Source: Bacillota bacterium (GTDB lineage Bacteria > Bacillota > Clostridia > Acetivibrionales > JAEXSP01). From it: a stretch of DNA of 64,000 nt. The first letter of the stretch is position 1, and every line of letters begins with the position of its first letter. The position numbers were made by a program, and so were the translations under genes. The notes beneath the pieces are model-generated. The model did no database searches and was not told the DNA's origin. It worked only from the letters and a program-made list of their open reading frames with translations. The stretch is from positions 116,465 to 180,464 of the forward strand of contig JAEXSP010000015.1 in the NCBI GenBank assembly GCA_023453795.1, read 5' to 3'. This document shows positions 59,739-64,000 of this stretch, one piece after another.

Positions 59739-61622
59739 CTAATATCCAAATACCTTAAGTTCATAGAAGCTGACCCAGCTGTTTCTTTGCAATCCGGTTA
59801 CGGTTATGCGTACATAACGTACCGAAGAGGCAGTAAATACATCCTTCTGTATTTGCTGTTTCTTGAGATTGCTCTTCTTATCCACTTTAACAGTCCAATT
59901 CACATTGTCGGCTGATACTTCTATCTTATAGTTATATGCCTTGTCAGGCAGCTCCCATGTAATCTCCGTTCCGGTCAGGTTATATAAAGCCCCCAGATCC
60001 ACCTTCCACCAATGATTGGCATTGCCGTCGGCAGCAGCCCAACGGGTTGACAAGCTGCCGTCATTCCCCCTCTGCGTAGGATTCTCCTTTTGCTCACTGT
60101 CTGAATATGAATTCTTATTTAGCGCAAGGTTTGTTATTGCCGGAGTGGGAGTAGTTATTGTAATAGCTGCAGTCTTTGCCGAGTTATTTCCGGCCGCGTC
60201 GAACGAAGCTACGGAATACTTATATGTTTTACCCGGCTGCAGCCCGGCGTCGGTACATGTATTACTTTGTACGGTTGCTATTTGTCTGCTGTCCCTGTAG
60301 ATTTTATAGCCCTGTACACCAACATTGTCGGTAGATGCCGTCCAGCTAAGTTTTACCTGAGTTGGCGATTCGGGACTGACAGATAACGAGCCCGGAACAG
60401 AAGGCGCTTGTGTATCGCCGCTTACGCCCGTAACACCAATAACCTTGAATTCGTAAATCGCAGCCCAGCACTCATCTGGAACGCCGGTAACATTTATTCT
60501 TACGTAACGGATATTGTCAGCGTTAAAGCTGTCTTTCTGAGTGATGCTGGTATTGGTATTGTTGTTTTTATCAACCTTATTAACCCAATTGGTCCCGTCT
60601 GTAGAAACCTGTATTGTATATTTGTATAATTTGTTTCCAAACTGCCATGTTACTTCTGTTCCTATGATGCTGCAGCCTACGCCCAGATCTACCTGCCACC
60701 AATGATTAGGATTGCTGTCTGCGGCGCACCACATTGTGGACATACTGCCGTCATTTCCGTAAGAAGCATTGTAGCCGGGAAGTAAACTATCGGAACTTGC
60801 AGCCTTTTTCAGAGCAAGGTTTGTCGGATTCTGATTAAGTGTTGAAACATTTATAGTGTTTGAATACCCGGAATTATTCCCTGACTCATCATAAGCAGTC
60901 ACTGCATATGAATACGTTGTACCGTTATGTAATCTCTTATCCGAGTAGGAAGTACCTTTTGTAACAGTTCCTATTTGAGCCCCGTTCCTGTATACTTTAT
61001 AGCCCTGAACACGGATATTGTCACTGGATGCATTCCAGTTCAGGTTTATCTGACTTGTGGAAGCAGGAGTTCCGGTTAATCCTGTCGGAGCGCTCGGCGC
61101 CTGTTTGTCACTATTGTAAGAAGTCTTTATTTCTACACGGTCTGCGGTAATAGTACTGTCTTTCGATCTATTATTTTTATTTCCGGTAATTCTCACCTTG
61201 AGTGTATGATTGCCCTCTTTAAGTTTATTGCTGCTGTATACACAAGTATTATCACTTCGACGAATCGAATAGAAATCTACAAGCTTCTCATTTCCTCCAT
61301 CTATTGAAATAGCTGCTATTCCGTGGATATTGGCTTTAGCCGCATAGAGCCTTATTTCTTCCCCATAGAAAGTAACAGTATAAAAGGAATCCTTTGAATT
61401 CGACCAGTGATTGTCTTGCTGGTAAGCGCCGCCCTGTTTACCGTAATTCCAGCTTCCCGAGTACTGGAACTGGTTGACGGAATTCCCTGTTACATTGTCA
61501 TTTACATTGATGGTAATCTTTTTCCCCTTGTCTTTATCCTTCGGGTCATTGCGTGCAAACGCAACAGTAACACTTGATACAGTTATAAGTATCGAAAGCA
61601 GAAAACAAATATATTTTTTCAC
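59739..61622 (-). CDS. secreted carbohydrate-binding protein: N-terminal beta-sandwich module + 2 x (FN3 + F5/8 type C discoidin/CBM32-like)
   Basis: Signal peptide. Duplicated 'QAPSxP..L....S.TQ..L.W.AS.DN..VQGYK.YR' FN3 units. Duplicated 'GNDGS.ST.W.AAD.N.NHWW.VDLG' discoidin units. Confidence 0.8.
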   Translation of the reverse strand: MKKYICFLLSILITVSSVTVAFARNDPKDKDKGKKITINVNDNVTGNSVNQFQYSGSWNYGKQGGAYQQDNHWSNSKDSFYTVTFYGEEIRLYAAKANIHGIAAISIDGGNEKLVDFYSIRRSDNTCVYSSNKLKEGNHTLKVRITGNKNNRSKDSTITADRVEIKTSYNSDKQAPSAPTGLTGTPASTSQINLNWNASSDNIRVQGYKVYRNGAQIGTVTKGTSYSDKRLHNGTTYSYAVTAYDESGNNSGYSNTINVSTLNQNPTNLALKKAASSDSLLPGYNASYGNDGSMSTMWCAADSNPNHWWQVDLGVGCSIIGTEVTWQFGNKLYKYTIQVSTDGTNWVNKVDKNNNTNTSITQKDSFNADNIRYVRINVTGVPDECWAAIYEFKVIGVTGVSGDTQAPSVPGSLSVSPESPTQVKLSWTASTDNVGVQGYKIYRDSRQIATVQSNTCTDAGLQPGKTYKYSVASFDAAGNNSAKTAAITITTPTPAITNLALNKNSYSDSEQKENPTQRGNDGSLSTRWAAADGNANHWWKVDLGALYNLTGTEITWELPDKAYNYKIEVSADNVNWTVKVDKKSNLKKQQIQKDVFTASSVRYVRITVTGLQRNSWVSFYELKVFGY

Positions 61623-61926
61623 TTAGCTCCCCCCTGCCAATTTTTTCTATTACAAATATAATGATATATCATAATCGAGGAAGTGAATAGGCTTTTGTAA
61701 TAATTCACAAAAAGATGTAATTTTCCTGTAACAAATAATGTTCAAAACAGTTTTCAAAGCCTGCCATGCCTTATAGAAAGCAGTTTTATCTATGATCGAT
61801 TAAACTATGTCTATAAACTAAATCAATGAAAATCAAGGAAATAGTCCTAAATGTTGTAACATATCTGTAATATTTCCGCAACGTAATTATAATAAACGGA
61901 AATAGTAAAGGGGGAAGCTGTACTAA

Positions 61927-63327
61927 TTACTTCTTATTATTTCCGTTGCCGTTGCTCTTGCCATTTCCCTTGTTGTTGCCGTTTCCGTTACCCTTATCTT
62001 TTCCATTAACCTTATCTTTTTCAATATCATCATTTTTGACAGTATCCAAGCCATCATTTTGCTTTGCAGTTTGATCTTCACTATAACTATTCCCGTTGTT
62101 TGTTTTAACCTGCTCAAGACTATCCCCTGTTCCTACTTCACCCAAGCCTCCAAGGTCATTCCCTTCTTTGACCGGACTTATATCTTGCTTTTCTTTACCT
62201 TGACCATTATTACCGCTATTTGCTTTTTGATGTTTTTCATTTTTATTTTTTGGGCCTTTGCTATCGTTCTGCTTGATCTTATTTTGTTGTGAGTTGTTCT
62301 CTTTGTTTTGTTCTTTTGGGCCTGTCCCCACAACTCCGTCAGCAGGTTTATTGCCCCCCTTTAAACCCTTTTTAGGGTCTTCGATCTTTTTAGGATTCTC
62401 GGTCTTCTTAGAGTTCTCCATCTTTTTGGTGTTATCCGGCTTTTCGGTGTTATCTGGCTTTTTGGGATTTTCTATTTTTTTGGGGTTATCTGCCTTTTTT
62501 ACTTCACCCTTGCCTTTCACTTGTTCCGGTACCTTTGATGAACCTTCCCCTGCTTTCTTTACCGGCTGATCAGCCTTGGCGCTGTTTTCTGGAATTGATT
62601 TTTTGTTTTTCAATGTCTTCATTTCGTCAATCAGCTGCTTAACCGGCGCTTTTTCAAGATTTTCCTCTTTATCTTTTGCCCCAAGCTCCCTCAGCTCTTC
62701 TATAAGCTTCCGCTTGCCGGGAGAAACCCCGGCCTTTCTTGACTCATTGTGCTTTTCAATGCTGATCTGCCGGATCACTACATCAGCTTCAACCTTTGCT
62801 GTTTTCAATTCCTTTGCTACAGTGTTTTTAATATCTTTTTCAAGGCTTTCCACTTTAACTTTGCTTTTTCCCGATACAGTAAATAAAACAGCACTGCTTT
62901 TCTTGTCCTTTAGGTAGCCGCTTTCTATTGCAGACTCCAGAATGCTGCCTATGCCATCCCTGATGCTCTTATTCCGGCTTCCGGTGTTCTGCAGGAGCTT
63001 CTTTCCGTCTTCGTTTATTCCTTCAACCTTTATGATCCTATTAAAGATGTTTGCTGTGATTTCAACGCTTGGATTAATATCTACATTAATATAAGTGTAA
63101 GGTACAGTATAGCAATATGCTCCAATACTTAAACCGACAATCAGGAAGAAGACTGCTGCTATTGAAGCAATTTTTACGGCAGTTCTCAATTGGAAACTCG
63201 AGGCTGATGCAATATCAACTTCATATCCAACCTTGTAGCTTACTCTTTTTTTAAGCTTTATAAAATCTCCCTTTTTATCCAAAGCAATTGCGTAATTTCC
63301 TTCTATTTCAACAATGACTGCTTTCAC
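61927..63327 (-). CDS. rsgI: anti-sigma-I factor RsgI with low-complexity Lys/Asn/Pro/Gly-rich C-terminus
   Basis: RsgI_N-like 'KAVIVEIEGNYAIALDKKGDFIKLKK'. Single TM segment 'IASIAAVFFLIVGLSIGAYCY'. Juxtamembrane 'NVDINPSVEI'. The GTG at 63327 follows GGAGG, and TTG 63342 is the alternative start. Confidence 0.75.
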   Translation of the reverse strand: MKAVIVEIEGNYAIALDKKGDFIKLKKRVSYKVGYEVDIASASSFQLRTAVKIASIAAVFFLIVGLSIGAYCYTVPYTYINVDINPSVEITANIFNRIIKVEGINEDGKKLLQNTGSRNKSIRDGIGSILESAIESGYLKDKKSSAVLFTVSGKSKVKVESLEKDIKNTVAKELKTAKVEADVVIRQISIEKHNESRKAGVSPGKRKLIEELRELGAKDKEENLEKAPVKQLIDEMKTLKNKKSIPENSAKADQPVKKAGEGSSKVPEQVKGKGEVKKADNPKKIENPKKPDNTEKPDNTKKMENSKKTENPKKIEDPKKGLKGGNKPADGVVGTGPKEQNKENNSQQNKIKQNDSKGPKNKNEKHQKANSGNNGQGKEKQDISPVKEGNDLGGLGEVGTGDSLEQVKTNNGNSYSEDQTAKQNDGLDTVKNDDIEKDKVNGKDKGNGNGNNKGNGKSNGNGNNKK

Positions 63328-63332
63328 CAGCC

Positions 63333-64000
63333 TCACCTCCAATCTATAAAGTCATTTATGTACTGATAGTCCCCTGTTGTTATTAGAATTACCGCTATTA
63401 TATACTTTCGGGCACGGTCAATTTTTTTTCGGGGTATATTTAAACTCTTTTCGATTTCAGCTGCCGGAAGATATTTCTTATGTCTAAGCTGTCTGGTAAG
63501 ATCAGGGTTCGAGAGAAGATACTTTACTATGTCCAAGTACATTTTTCTGGTTTTATCATGCTTGGGTGAGGCTTCAGCAAGCTGGAGAAAAGTAATATCC
63601 CACTCGGACAGTTCTTTCTTCAATTGTTCCAGCTCCATCCTTCTGTATTCGCTTATCTGGTCTTTTGAATAATTGTCAACCGCTTCAGCTTCACTTAGGT
63701 CAAACTCTTCCTCATCACCATAATATTCATTGATAGAAATAACATTACTGTGCTTTTTTTCTTTCCTGTAATAATCAATAAGCCTTCTCTTAATTACGTT
63801 TTGGGCAAATGAAAGAAAGCTTCCTTTCTCTTCCTCATAGGATTTCACAGCTTCAACAAAAGCAAGCATAGCAATGCTAAGTTCGTCATCTTCACCATAT
63901 TTGACGTAGCGTCCTGTCACTTTTTCTACGCATGAAGCTATAAAGGGCTTGTATTCCTCGACAAAGCGGTTTATTTCTTCTTCCCTTGTTTTTATATATT
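63333..64000 (-). CDS. sigI: RNA polymerase sigma-I factor, 5' end outside the window
   Basis: 'ELSIAMLAFVEAVKSYEEEKGSFLSFAQNVIKRRLIDYYRKE' is sigma-70 region 2-like. The reading frame stays open to base 64000 ('...EEINRFVEEYKPFIASCVEKVTGRY'). Confidence 0.75.
   Translation of the reverse strand, partial: YIKTREEEINRFVEEYKPFIASCVEKVTGRYVKYGEDDELSIAMLAFVEAVKSYEEEKGSFLSFAQNVIKRRLIDYYRKEKKHSNVISINEYYGDEEEFDLSEAEAVDNYSKDQISEYRRMELEQLKKELSEWDITFLQLAEASPKHDKTRKMYLDIVKYLLSNPDLTRQLRHKKYLPAAEIEKSLNIPRKKIDRARKYIIAVILITTGDYQYINDFIDWR

Noticed and set aside
61623-61926. SigI-type promoter upstream of the discoidin/FN3 gene.
   Set aside because: CGAT and CGTT tetramers are present, but I could not align a convincing -35 A-tract/C-rich element with a CGWA -10 at proper spacing. 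No call was made.
62250-62570. Short tandem DNA repeats (ggattctc/ggtgttatc.../tttttgg units) that looked superficially like a repeat array.
   Set aside because: They lie inside the rsgI reading frame and encode the reiterated (K/E)NPKK low-complexity tail. There are no unique spacers, so this is not a CRISPR array. The overlapping plus-strand ORFs (62059..62917) are shadows.

Overview
This is an AT-rich chromosomal segment from a spore-forming, cellulosome-producing member of the Clostridia. The evidence is two secreted enzymes ending in duplicated dockerin repeats, a sigI/rsgI pair and spoIIE. No rRNA genes, CRISPR arrays, transposases or integrases were seen.

Layout from left to right:
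- 1-11.7 kb: a signalling block with a YesN/YesM-type two-component system, a REC-GGDEF diguanylate cyclase and two tandem paralogous cytoplasmic sugar-binding-domain histidine kinases.
- 11.7-21.4 kb: a non-cellulosomal hemicellulose utilisation locus with GH51, GH43, two solute-binding lipoproteins and two ABC permeases.
- 22.4-23.0 kb: tadA and tRNA-Ser(CGA).
- 23-35 kb: a patchy accessory stretch. It holds a 2.1 kb islet bounded by a duplicated tRNA-Ser 3' half, an EF-G/TetM-like GTPase fused to a YacP/Rae1-type NYN nuclease domain, a stand-alone RelA/SpoT-domain protein and a SUKH/SMI1 protein.
- 35.6-39.7 kb: the most unusual element. It is a compact three-gene operon encoding a B12-binding radical SAM enzyme, a radical SAM/SPASM maturase and a 202-aa peptide. 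The C-terminal 99 residues of that peptide are a Gly/Ala/Cys repeat with 17 Cys, almost all in C-x-x-[D/H/R/N/Y] motifs. I interpret this as a RiPP-type system, and I do not recognise its precursor.
- 39.7-50.8 kb: an orphan sensor kinase, a solute-binding lipoprotein, a GH9-CBM3c-dockerin cellulase and miscellaneous membrane proteins and methyltransferases.
- 51-54.4 kb: a very AT-rich islet with a GHKL ATPase and a DUF3800 protein next to tRNA-Arg(CCG).
- 54.5-64 kb: corA, spoIIE, a discoidin/FN3 surface protein, and rsgI plus a sigI gene truncated by the window end.

All functional calls come from motif reading of the supplied translations. No database searches were run.
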